64,000 nt of DNA from Candidatus Levyibacteriota bacterium (GCA_018061075.1 JAGOUW010000003.1:4301-68300); one strand, 5' to 3'; counted from the first letter of the stretch, positions 27,901-36,649 are shown. Notes: generated by a model from the letters alone, not told the origin. Made by a program: numbers and translations.

Positions 27901-30900
27901 TTCATCGATGCCGATACAGCTAGCGGATTTGAAGGAAAAGGGCCATTCGTTAAATTTAGAAATAATGGTTCAGATTCAGAAACTGCTTATGTGGGAATTG
28001 TTGATGGATCCGGATCTGATCCTGAGGGTAACCTTGTTCCAGGTGCTCTCCCGGGCAATCTATTCTTAGGCACATTGGGAGCAAGGGGAATTGATTTATC
28101 TACAAACTCTACTCTTAGAGGAACAATAACATCTACTGGATTATTTGGTCTTGGTACATCAGCTCCAAATTCCCAGCTCTATGTAACTAGACCACTGACA
28201 TCAGGTGTTACAGGTAAAGCTCTAGCTATCTTCGATCAAATTGAGAATCAAGATATATTTACAGCTTCAGCTTCTGGAGCAACTAAGTTTGTTATAAAAA
28301 ATGATGGAAACGTAGGAATTGGGACTACCAATCCCCTTTCTCAATTAACAGTCGGAGAAATTGGAAATGGTCCATTTAATCTTTTACCAACAGGTGGTTT
28401 TTCACTGGCAGTTAGAAGCAAAGGAGATACTCTCACAACCAATGGAATGATTTTAACCGCTTCTGATTATGAATCTTATGGAGGCGCTTTATATTTTAAT
28501 GTTCCAAGTGCTTTCTCTGGCACCACCTATAAAGGCCAGATTCAAGCAAGCGGATATTCCGGAACGTTTGATCTCGTTCTTCAGCCAAATGGAAGTAATG
28601 TGGGTATCGGAACAAATACAACTACAGCAAAGCTCGATGTCGCAGGCACCGCTTCAATAGGAGGTCAATTATCTTTTAGATCAGGAACTGCTCAAATTCA
28701 ATCAACCCAAAATCAAAATATAACTATTGGAGGTAATACTACTGGGAATATCATTCTTTCTCCTCTTAACGGAAGCGGATCCCTACAATTTACAAATCTA
28801 ACAACTAACGGAGGTGTTCTATTCACAAATGGATCCGGAGTCCTTGCTCAAACCCCTGCCGGCAGCTTGGGAGAATGTTTTATTTCTGGTGGGGGTGGCG
28901 CTCCTTCCTGGGGATCCTGCGGGAGCTCTGCTGCGGCAAGTTATTGGAAGCTAAATAGTGGAGCTATCTCCCCCATTAATAGCACGCTTGATTTATTGAT
29001 TGGCGGGACAGCTACTGCTTCTTCTAAATTCGCATTTATAAATGTTAATTCTGGTACTCCAACTCTAAAAATCTTTAATTCAACAAGTGCAAATTCATTG
29101 AATCTTTATCATGATGGAACCGATGCTCACCTTGAAGCATCTTCTGGTCAAGTTGTAATTGGAAGCGGAACCGGAAATGTAGTAATTGAAGATTCCTTAG
29201 TAAATGACACAGCTAATAATTCTGGTTTCCTTAAAATTGCCGACAAACTACTGGTTCAAAATACTGAAAGCTCAGCTCTCGTAGTATTTGACAACCTTGG
29301 AAGTGGTGATATCTTCACAGGATCAGCCTCAGGAACTACAAGATTTGTAATTAATAACAGTGGAGATATTTCTGCATTCGGCGGAGATATAACAAATGGA
29401 ACAGCAAACCTGGATATTGGAGAGGCACTCTCTGGAGATATTTCTATAACAGGAGATTTCGTTCCATCAGCAGATAACTCTTATACACTTGGAAGCTCGT
29501 CAAGCTCATGGAATACTCTCTATATAAAAGGTCCATTTAATCTAAATGGTAGTAATGGATCTGCCGGTGAATGTCTTAAATCCGGAGGAAGTGGAGCTGC
29601 AACATGGGGTTCATGCGGATCTTCATCAGGATCAAGCAACTGGACTCTAAATACCACGACTGGAGTATTAAGACCAAACAACAATACTGCAGATATTCTA
29701 TTCGGTGGAGTTGCTACAGCTTCTTCTAAATTTGCTTTCCTTAATGTAGCGGGTGGAACTCCAATAGCTTCTATCTCTGCTAATTCAGGGTCTGGAGCTA
29801 CATACTTGTCAGGCACAGGACAGTTAGGAACAACAAGTAGACAGGCATTATTCTTAGGTAACTCTACAGTAAATAGCACCACTGGAGATGTATTCATTAA
29901 TTCTGATTCAAGCTCAGGACTCAGAGTAGGAATTGGCACTACAAATACTACCTCTACTAATTCACTAGCAGTTGGAGGAAATTCCGGAGACTTAATTAGA
30001 TTAATTGGAGGAACAGGAGCAATTAATGAAAGTGCATTCGTAACATTCCAGTCCAGAGGAAGATTTGGGTATGATGGTTCAGTTTCAGGTGGAGCAGTTG
30101 TTCTATCAGACGCTAATGCTTCAAAGCCAATTATCTTCATGGCTGGTGGTCCCTCAGTGGAAAAGATGAGAATTGGAGCTAACCTTACATCTGCATCAGC
30201 TTCTGTGTCAGGTTCTACATCATTCGCAGGATTAGTTGTAGATAATTCATTTGCTTCAGGAGATATATTTACAGCTTCTAAGTCTGGGAAAACTCACTTT
30301 GTAATCGATAGAAACGGAAATGTAGGAATTGGAAATTCTATGCCACGATCAAGACTTGAAGTTGGAGCAAATTTAGGAACAGGGATCGATGAAGTTATTA
30401 CAGTTAGAAGTCAAGGAAGAGCAGGACTTCATCTATTCTCTGACACAAGTGACAATGGAGCTGAACCAGGTGGCGCATATGTCTTATTTAATGATGATGG
30501 AGCAACTACTACTGGAGGAGCAATTATCGGAACTATTCAGGCTGCAAATACTGACCCATCAGGAATAGCGTTTTCAAATCTAGACACAAATTCATTTTTA
30601 ATCGGACTTAGAGAGGCTCAAGATATTCAATTCGGAACAAACTCTACAGCTAGTATGATCCTAAGCGCTACTAATCTTTTAGGTCTCGGGACCACAGCGC
30701 CCACCTCACAACTTTATGTCACTCGCCCACTTACTTTCGGAGCTACTGGAAAAGCTCTAGCGATATTCGATCAAATCGAAAATCAGGATATCTTTACAGC
30801 TTCCTCGTCCGGAACACCTAGATTTGTGATTAAAAATTCAGGAAATGTCGGTATTCAAACCAGCAGTCCAAATTATCCTCTCCAAATAGGTAACGGCTCA

Positions 30901-33738
30901 TCTAATACAAATAATTTGGCTATCTACTCACAAGATAATATGGCAGGATTTTTAGGCACTTTTACTGATAATGCAATTTTCAGTGTGAATCGTGATATTC
31001 AATCAGGCACATTTGTCGATACTGCTCAGGCACATGCTGAAATAAGACTAGAAAGCGCTGCTTCTGCATCTCAAATAAGCTTTTGGACAACTACATCAAA
31101 TAATACTTTAGCAACAGAAAGAATGAACCTAAATGAAAACGGAAGCTTGGCTATTGGCGATGTTTCTACTGCTATTCCTACTGAAACCAAACTTATGCTC
31201 GGAGGACTTACGACTACAGAGGGCGGTCAATTACAATTAAATCCAGGCTCCTCAGGCTCGACTGCATGGTTTGCTGACGTATTTAGTAATAATTTTAGGC
31301 TATTGTCCGGCACAACCACAGGCTCGAGTGTTACTAGAATGAGATTCGATAATACTGGAAAGGTTGGATTTGGAACTGAAAACGATACACTTGCATCACA
31401 CTTCGAAATCACAAGACCGCTTTCTTTCGGAGCTACAGGAAAAGCTTTACTGAACCTTAATCAAATCGAAAATCAAGATATATTTACAGCCTCAGCTTCA
31501 GGAACAGCCGTGTTTACGATTGGAAGAAACGCTGACGTAGACATTACGGGAGCAAGCCCTGTAATTTCACTTATCAATACAGATAGCGGAGAGGATGATT
31601 ATCAGTTTAGAACAGATGGCGATAATTTTTATATCGATAACACAACTAGCGGTCTGGTTTATTTAAGAAATGACTCTGCTAATACTCAATTGGAAGTTTT
31701 ATTAGATGATGATCTTGCTGCTAGAGGTGTTTGTTACTCAACTGAGATCACCTCAGGCAATAGCGAAATGAGAGCCCTAGGTGATTGTAGCGCAGCCCCA
31801 AGTGATTATGCAGAATGGTACGAAACAACTGGAGCAGAAGAAGCTGCTGATATTGTAACTATTTCTCAAGATTCAATCACTTACAATGAAGATCTTTTAG
31901 ACACTAAAACAGGTGTCAAAACAGGTATAAATAAAGATTACACAATTTCCAAAGTAAAAAAGTCAACCTCTCCATATCAGACTGGAATAATTGGAATTAT
32001 TTCAACAAATCCTCACGAAATCATTGGAGAAAATGTTCTAAAGCAAGGTCAGAATCCAAAACCTCTTGCACTAAATGGAAGAGTACCAGTTAAAGTTACA
32101 TCAGAAAATGGAGTCATAAAACCCGGAGACATGATTACCTCCTCCTCTATTCCTGGTGTTGGTATGAAAGCAACAAATGCAGGAAAAGTAGTAGGAATGG
32201 CAATTGATTCATTTTCAGGAGATGGAATTGGTCAAGTAATGGTTTATGTTAATAATCATAATTATGACCCCGATGTTCAATTAGCAGACTCAGGATACTT
32301 AACGCTAACGCCAACAATCGATGATAACTTTGAAGTAAAAAGACAAAGCGGCGAAACAGTCCAAAGAATCGGTGCTTTCTCAGAAATAATAACAGCAAAA
32401 ATTAAATCAGGATATTTTGAAACAGGAAAACTCTTAGTAACTGGTTCAGCCTCCGTGAAAAATCTCAGTACTGAAACTTTAGCTTCAACAATAGGAAATT
32501 TTTCACAGCTTAGCACAGATTCAATCGTAATTGGCAGCGAGAATATCACTATCGCAGGACAAAGCCTTAGAGAATACATAGCCTCAATTGTCGAGGATGT
32601 AGTAGGCGCTCAAGAAGAAGATACTATAATAGTAGCTCCTATTTTAGCTACGGATATAATCACTCCAAAGACTGGTAAGAACCTAACCATCAAGCTTGGA
32701 TCAGATGATTCATCTTCTACTTTTCAGATTCAAAACCTATCAGGCACAACCGTTGCTGCAATTGACGCATTGGGTAACGCTTCCCTATCCGGTGAACTTA
32801 AATCAGATAGCATAGTCACAAATAATGCATCCATCTCAGGCACACTTAGAGCAACAAAGATAATTGCAGATCAAATCGAGGGATTAAATATTCAAGCTTC
32901 GAGTGTATCCGCTAATTATATTACTAATAACTATTACCAAGAAGCGACACCTTCGGGCCAAACTTACCATGCAACTGGAAGCGCAAGCTTTGATAATCTC
33001 GTGGCTATGAGGGCTACATTTGAACAAGGACTAATGGCATTTGGACCAGCAAGCTTCTATGAAGCATCAGTCGCTGATAGATTATTTGTTGGCTCCAAAC
33101 TTTCATTAGCAGACACAAGTATTAATGTGCTAGGCGGTAATCTAGAACTACAACCGCTAAGACAAGGCGGAGTTTCATTAGTTGGCGGACAAGTAGAAAT
33201 TGATGTCGATGGAAATTTAAGAGTTGATGGCAATGCTTATTTCGCAAAAGACGTAGACATTAAAGGAAAGCTATTAGCAAGCTTTGTCTCCCCTCTTCCT
33301 GGAAGAGATTTTGTTTTGGAGTTAGGTAAAAGAGATGGCGATTCGGAAAGTGAAAATCACAACTCATCATTTATTATCAGAAACTCAAGCGCTTCTGCTC
33401 TTCTCTCAGTTAACAATCAAGGAGATCTGAACGCTTCAGGCGCAGGAACGTTTAATAAATTGAACCTTAATATTGTAAATAAAGCTTTAGCTATCTCTCC
33501 TACTGAAGTTATTGCAACTGGATCTGCTGGAACTGCTGAGATTCAGCCAAACAGAGAAGAATTAACAGTTAGAAATGCATTAGTCACTGAGGATTCTCTT
33601 ATATACATCACTACAAAGACATCTACGCAAAGTGAGAGTGTTTATTTATTAAGACAAGTGCCGGGCAAATCATTTACCGTAGGAATTTCAAATCCTATCA
33701 ACAAAAAAGTGCCTTTCAACTGGATAATCATAAATTGA
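24916..33738 (+). CDS. giant (2940 aa) single-pass membrane protein: two N-terminal integrase-type SAM-like domains, a TM helix, a tail-fibre-like repeat ectodomain and an internal peptidase-G2/IMC-like domain
   Basis: This is one uninterrupted ORF. SAM-like copy 1 reads VTVKNYISDINKFIRWIE...SASSVERSLSSLRKFFYFLKLEG. Copy 2 reads LTIKNYVIDVKQFLTWAD...SPVSVNRKLSSIRRFISWATEEG. The TM helix is FASYLHFSILMLFISAMGYMVF, preceded by basic HHARHSRPKWYK. The ectodomain is full of VGIGTTNP-type and QLYVTRPL...IENQDIFTASASG modules. SDYAEWYE...IIGIISTNPHEIIGEN resembles the phage pre-neck-appendage auto-chaperone domain. Confidence 0.75.
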   Translation: MNLSAQFKEYLISQSNPPSLVTVKNYISDINKFIRWIEAKLGYEFNPSDVNQNLIDKFKEESLSTYSASSVERSLSSLRKFFYFLKLEGKISQTPFEVSTVKTEAPDPWRIKEFKNHLYVFGASHLTIKNYVIDVKQFLTWADEVVKTDEAWEINKANNFSKITSGLIEEYKTRLLNEAHLSPVSVNRKLSSIRRFISWATEEGLIKDQAEVINLQPNDFGFKTHSSAVLATTAVATEALSEIGKAQAYSAFPPLRVAQKTKESAIAAFDTALTAPLADALEKSDEVIWNLKGRPVFKDKIKASFKIPSFKMIDPKKINNVPKSFYAPALISTASFPLHRKALHHARHSRPKWYKAYHSYAFASYLHFSILMLFISAMGYMVFNDFNTKKQTPIFAALPSAPPRILSFQGRLTDANDNPITKGTTLRMAIYNNQSATGSALLWQEIVSPTPDEEGIFSILLGNNNPIPQSLFAQNSGLWLGVTVERTSELKPRQQIATVAFAANAETLQGLPPITNTTATSNVVLALNSSGNLTIGGTANPIFQATGGTFTVSGRTLVLTTSNNGNITLAPNGTGIIDIQKSIQNTSNTSALVPGSVTVEDIFSVVATSSGQAVLNLSQGSTGDLILASVSGSTKLRIDNGGNLIAAGSLNGLGVSSGTVTSGTWQGTAIGAPYGGTGQTSYSTGDMLYASDSTVISKLNIGSNGTCLTSNGTTPSWVSCLTASGGSGYWNQSAGAVFPNNSTVDLLIGGQSTDSAKFAIINIAGSRGSQTASLSGNIVLDTSSASIETTNGQTLSLGGSNTGFINIDSGSGIISLLDNTTITGTLGVSGLATFNGGLTVPSGQSTTLVSFTNNGGILYTNGSGVLAQTSAGSLGECFISNGGGAPTWGSCVGSGGTNWNITDGAIYPKLASTLDFLIGGASSDSAKFAILNVNDTRGNQTASLSGGIILDSSTATIQTTLNQSLSLNPNGGYVGIGTSTPTYKLEVEGIQDAGIFIDADTASGFEGKGPFVKFRNNGSDSETAYVGIVDGSGSDPEGNLVPGALPGNLFLGTLGARGIDLSTNSTLRGTITSTGLFGLGTSAPNSQLYVTRPLTSGVTGKALAIFDQIENQDIFTASASGATKFVIKNDGNVGIGTTNPLSQLTVGEIGNGPFNLLPTGGFSLAVRSKGDTLTTNGMILTASDYESYGGALYFNVPSAFSGTTYKGQIQASGYSGTFDLVLQPNGSNVGIGTNTTTAKLDVAGTASIGGQLSFRSGTAQIQSTQNQNITIGGNTTGNIILSPLNGSGSLQFTNLTTNGGVLFTNGSGVLAQTPAGSLGECFISGGGGAPSWGSCGSSAAASYWKLNSGAISPINSTLDLLIGGTATASSKFAFINVNSGTPTLKIFNSTSANSLNLYHDGTDAHLEASSGQVVIGSGTGNVVIEDSLVNDTANNSGFLKIADKLLVQNTESSALVVFDNLGSGDIFTGSASGTTRFVINNSGDISAFGGDITNGTANLDIGEALSGDISITGDFVPSADNSYTLGSSSSSWNTLYIKGPFNLNGSNGSAGECLKSGGSGAATWGSCGSSSGSSNWTLNTTTGVLRPNNNTADILFGGVATASSKFAFLNVAGGTPIASISANSGSGATYLSGTGQLGTTSRQALFLGNSTVNSTTGDVFINSDSSSGLRVGIGTTNTTSTNSLAVGGNSGDLIRLIGGTGAINESAFVTFQSRGRFGYDGSVSGGAVVLSDANASKPIIFMAGGPSVEKMRIGANLTSASASVSGSTSFAGLVVDNSFASGDIFTASKSGKTHFVIDRNGNVGIGNSMPRSRLEVGANLGTGIDEVITVRSQGRAGLHLFSDTSDNGAEPGGAYVLFNDDGATTTGGAIIGTIQAANTDPSGIAFSNLDTNSFLIGLREAQDIQFGTNSTASMILSATNLLGLGTTAPTSQLYVTRPLTFGATGKALAIFDQIENQDIFTASSSGTPRFVIKNSGNVGIQTSSPNYPLQIGNGSSNTNNLAIYSQDNMAGFLGTFTDNAIFSVNRDIQSGTFVDTAQAHAEIRLESAASASQISFWTTTSNNTLATERMNLNENGSLAIGDVSTAIPTETKLMLGGLTTTEGGQLQLNPGSSGSTAWFADVFSNNFRLLSGTTTGSSVTRMRFDNTGKVGFGTENDTLASHFEITRPLSFGATGKALLNLNQIENQDIFTASASGTAVFTIGRNADVDITGASPVISLINTDSGEDDYQFRTDGDNFYIDNTTSGLVYLRNDSANTQLEVLLDDDLAARGVCYSTEITSGNSEMRALGDCSAAPSDYAEWYETTGAEEAADIVTISQDSITYNEDLLDTKTGVKTGINKDYTISKVKKSTSPYQTGIIGIISTNPHEIIGENVLKQGQNPKPLALNGRVPVKVTSENGVIKPGDMITSSSIPGVGMKATNAGKVVGMAIDSFSGDGIGQVMVYVNNHNYDPDVQLADSGYLTLTPTIDDNFEVKRQSGETVQRIGAFSEIITAKIKSGYFETGKLLVTGSASVKNLSTETLASTIGNFSQLSTDSIVIGSENITIAGQSLREYIASIVEDVVGAQEEDTIIVAPILATDIITPKTGKNLTIKLGSDDSSSTFQIQNLSGTTVAAIDALGNASLSGELKSDSIVTNNASISGTLRATKIIADQIEGLNIQASSVSANYITNNYYQEATPSGQTYHATGSASFDNLVAMRATFEQGLMAFGPASFYEASVADRLFVGSKLSLADTSINVLGGNLELQPLRQGGVSLVGGQVEIDVDGNLRVDGNAYFAKDVDIKGKLLASFVSPLPGRDFVLELGKRDGDSESENHNSSFIIRNSSASALLSVNNQGDLNASGAGTFNKLNLNIVNKALAISPTEVIATGSAGTAEIQPNREELTVRNALVTEDSLIYITTKTSTQSESVYLLRQVPGKSFTVGISNPINKKVPFNWIIIN

Positions 33739-33762
33739 TCTAGTTTTGTCCAATTTTTATTC

Positions 33763-33791
33763 TTGACATTATACTTTTACTGGAATAAAGT
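33763..33791 (+). promoter_or_regulatory. promoter TTGACA-17-TAAAGT ending 10 nt before the ATG
   Basis: TTGACA at 33763-33768, TAAAGT at 33786-33791, ATG at 33802. Confidence 0.5.
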
Positions 33792-33801
33792 AGGTTAATA
33801 A

Positions 33802-35880
33802 ATGGAAAATAGATCGCTATTATCTGCCAGAATAGAGAATTTATCAATCTTACTAATAGGAGGCTTCCTCTTTTTATTCCCTATTATAATAGTAAGCCTC
33901 ACAACTGACGCATATGTAGTTCCAAAACAAGCACTTCTCTCTATCGTGGTATTAGCTGGAATTCTTTTAATTGGCGCAAAAGGACTCATAAATAGAGCAG
34001 TTAGATTGAGAAGAACTCCCTTCGACCTGCCACTCGCTCTTTTTGGAACAGCGCTATTCCTTTCAGCTATATTTGCAGTTAACAGATTTGATTCATTAAT
34101 TTCATTTGTTCCATTCTTATTCGCTATACTATTATTCTTCTTAATAACTAACAGTGCTCGAAGACAAAAAGATTTAGTATTCCTAACTGGTGCCCTAATC
34201 TCAGGAGCAATCGCAGTCTCCGCAATAACTGTTCTTTCATATGTAAAAATCTATCCCCTACCATTCTTATTCGCTAAAAATCAGGCATTTACTCCACTCG
34301 GAAGTCTTTTCGATCAAGCAATATATCTAATAGTAATTCTTAGCATGTGTCTATTAATGGCATGGCCTGCACTTAAAAGAAGAACGGTAGAAAAAAATAG
34401 AATCATATTTGTAGCAGGATCACTATTCATACTTATTGGAGTTGCCGTAACAATTCTAGGCGTAGTTACACTCCAAAGACCAACGATCCTTCCTTACCAA
34501 ATCGGATTCCAGACAGCTTTTGCAGCAATTTCACAAGACACAGGAAGAGTTATTCAAGGATTCTTAATGGGATCAGGTCTCGGCACATATTTAACAGACT
34601 TTACTAGATTTAAACCAGCTACTATTAATTTAAATGAAACACTCTGGAGTCTTTCATTTCTTAGATCCTCAAGTTTTGCATTGGAGTTAATCGCAACAAC
34701 TGGATTACTTGGAATTCTATCTTTCTTATTCTTAGTTTACAGAATATTCAGAAGCAGACCCCTCTTCGTTCCTTTAATATTAATCGTTGGTGCAGCTTTC
34801 ATACTTCCTTTCTCTTTCTCAAGCTTAGTATTAATGTTCGTAATGTTAGGTCTTTACAGCGCACAACAAGGATTCTCTGAGAGACAAAAACACAGATTCT
34901 TTGACGTAGAGCTCAAGTTAGTTACACTTAAAAAAGGTGTGTTCGCTTTAACTGATCCAAACGCAAGAAATAATTCAGAACATGAGAATCTACTTCCAAT
35001 TGGAGTATTCGTTGGAACATTAATATTCGTAGGATTAGTTGGATTCGTTACAGTTAAGTTCTTCGTATCAGACTACCTATTTCAGCAATCATTCGTAGCA
35101 GCTGCAGCAAATGACGCTCAAAAAACATACACCCTTCAAACCAGAGCTATAAACATGTTCCCACAACGCGATGGATTCCACAGAATCTTCTCTCAGATTA
35201 ACTTAACCCTTGCTAACAATCTAGCTTTGAGTATCCCACAAGGCCAAACAGTAAGCGCAGAAACCCAGCAAACAATCTATCAACTGATCCAACAATCAAT
35301 AAATAGCGGAAGAAATGCGACTACCATCTCTCCTCAAACAGCTATAAATTGGCAGAATCTTTCATCAATCTACAGAAGTCTTATCGGATTTGGACAAAAT
35401 GCAGATCAGTTCGCAGTATTTGCTAACCAACAAGCAATATTGCTTGATCCAAACAATCCTCAGGAATACATTAACTATGGTGGAATTTTCTATCAACTTG
35501 GACAATGGGATGAAGCTATCAGACAATTCCAAATCGCAGCTCAGCTAAAACCAGACTATGCTAACGCATACTACAACTTGGGACATGCTCTAGAACAAAA
35601 AGGAGATCTTCAGAATGCATTAGTTCAATACCAAACAGTAAGAAACTTAGTAGCTGAGGACAAAGCAAGCCAAGACGTTATCAATAATGAAATCGCAGCA
35701 TTAGAAGCTAAGATAAGCTCAACTCCAGTTGCTCAATCAGGAGATTCTCAGATTGGAATTAGTCAACCACAAGCTCAATTACCAGAACAAGATCCACCTG
35801 TTCAGATTCCTGCACCACGACCATCAAATAGTCCAACACCAAGTCCAAGAACTTCTCCAGCTCCAACAAGCGCTAATTAA
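33802..35880 (+). CDS. O-antigen ligase/polymerase-like polytopic membrane protein fused to C-terminal TPR repeats and a Pro-rich tail
   Basis: 692 aa with about 10-12 TM helices and a loop motif FLMGSGLGTYLTDF. The TPR region is WDEAIRQFQIAAQLKPDYANAYYNLGHALEQKGDLQNALVQYQTV. Confidence 0.6.
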   Translation: MENRSLLSARIENLSILLIGGFLFLFPIIIVSLTTDAYVVPKQALLSIVVLAGILLIGAKGLINRAVRLRRTPFDLPLALFGTALFLSAIFAVNRFDSLISFVPFLFAILLFFLITNSARRQKDLVFLTGALISGAIAVSAITVLSYVKIYPLPFLFAKNQAFTPLGSLFDQAIYLIVILSMCLLMAWPALKRRTVEKNRIIFVAGSLFILIGVAVTILGVVTLQRPTILPYQIGFQTAFAAISQDTGRVIQGFLMGSGLGTYLTDFTRFKPATINLNETLWSLSFLRSSSFALELIATTGLLGILSFLFLVYRIFRSRPLFVPLILIVGAAFILPFSFSSLVLMFVMLGLYSAQQGFSERQKHRFFDVELKLVTLKKGVFALTDPNARNNSEHENLLPIGVFVGTLIFVGLVGFVTVKFFVSDYLFQQSFVAAAANDAQKTYTLQTRAINMFPQRDGFHRIFSQINLTLANNLALSIPQGQTVSAETQQTIYQLIQQSINSGRNATTISPQTAINWQNLSSIYRSLIGFGQNADQFAVFANQQAILLDPNNPQEYINYGGIFYQLGQWDEAIRQFQIAAQLKPDYANAYYNLGHALEQKGDLQNALVQYQTVRNLVAEDKASQDVINNEIAALEAKISSTPVAQSGDSQIGISQPQAQLPEQDPPVQIPAPRPSNSPTPSPRTSPAPTSAN

Positions 35881-35975
35881 GAACAAAATAAAACTTCAGA
35901 TATTCAAATATGCTATTTTATAGCACCAAAAAATACGCCAGCTAAGACGCTCTCGTTAATTTTTTGGAAGAGTAA

Positions 35976-36353
35976 TTACTCTTGTGGTTGCTCGTCTCTT
36001 GGAGCTTCGTCTCTAGAAGATCTAGAGTCACGAGAAGAACGACCGTCCCCCCCATTATCTCTTTGTTTTCTAAAACAATCTCCGCAAAGAACTGGTCTGT
36101 CGCCTCTCGGTTGGAAAGGAACTGAGTCTTTTCTACCGCAATTTGAACAGGTTATTTCGAACATCTCTCTTGGTCCACCACCGTTTCCACCTCGTCCGCC
36201 TTCCATTCTAGCTTTTTTAGCTTGTCTGCATGAAGGGCATCTGACAGGTGCGTTTTGGAACCCTTTAGACTGATAGAACTCTTGTTCTGATGCAGTCCAA
36301 ACGAATTGATTTCCACAATCGCGACATGTTAAATTTTGATCTTGAAATGCCAT
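35976..36353 (-). CDS. double CxxC zinc-ribbon protein with an Arg/Ser/Asp-rich tail
   Basis: 125 aa with two copies of CxxC-x17-CxxC: CRDCGNQFVWTASEQEFYQSKGFQNAPVRCPSC and CSNCGRKDSVPFQPRGDRPVLCGDC. The tail is RSSRDSRSSRDEAPRDE. Confidence 0.7.
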   Translation of the reverse strand: MAFQDQNLTCRDCGNQFVWTASEQEFYQSKGFQNAPVRCPSCRQAKKARMEGGRGGNGGGPREMFEITCSNCGRKDSVPFQPRGDRPVLCGDCFRKQRDNGGDGRSSRDSRSSRDEAPRDEQPQE

Positions 36354-36649
36354 ATGTTTACGTACTACTTACTTCTGACTTATAACTTCTAACTTTTTTG
36401 TTAGCTGTTAGTCGTAAGTTGTTAGTAGTTAATTTTTTTCACCTCCTCTTACCTTCTTTAGTCCGTCAAAAAACGAATCAAAGAAAAGTCATGATTGGAA
36501 AAAATTATATGTTTTGAGGCTCTCCTCTGGGATATGTTCATCTATTTTCCCAGAGAACTTATTTAGTTTCCATGGGCTACTAAATGGATTATATTATAAA
36601 CCACAAGAAAATAGCAAATTGTGTTCAATTTTTGAGGCTAAGTATTAAG

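Noticed and set aside
26544-32579. Minus- and plus-strand ORFs of 61-206 aa inside the 2940-aa gene (26544-26816, 27108-27374, 27875-28069, 28469-28660, 29520-30140, 31227-31412, 32277-32579).
   Set aside because: All lie fully within one long uninterrupted ORF whose translation has clear domain and repeat structure. Their translations are low-complexity mirror images (P/E/V-rich) typical of shadow ORFs.
36400-36430. UACUAAC on the minus strand (the eukaryotic intron branch-point consensus).
   Set aside because: This is a bacterial context with no splice-site-like features, so the match is coincidental. It is reported only as part of the CUAAC/GTTAGTAG repeat observation.
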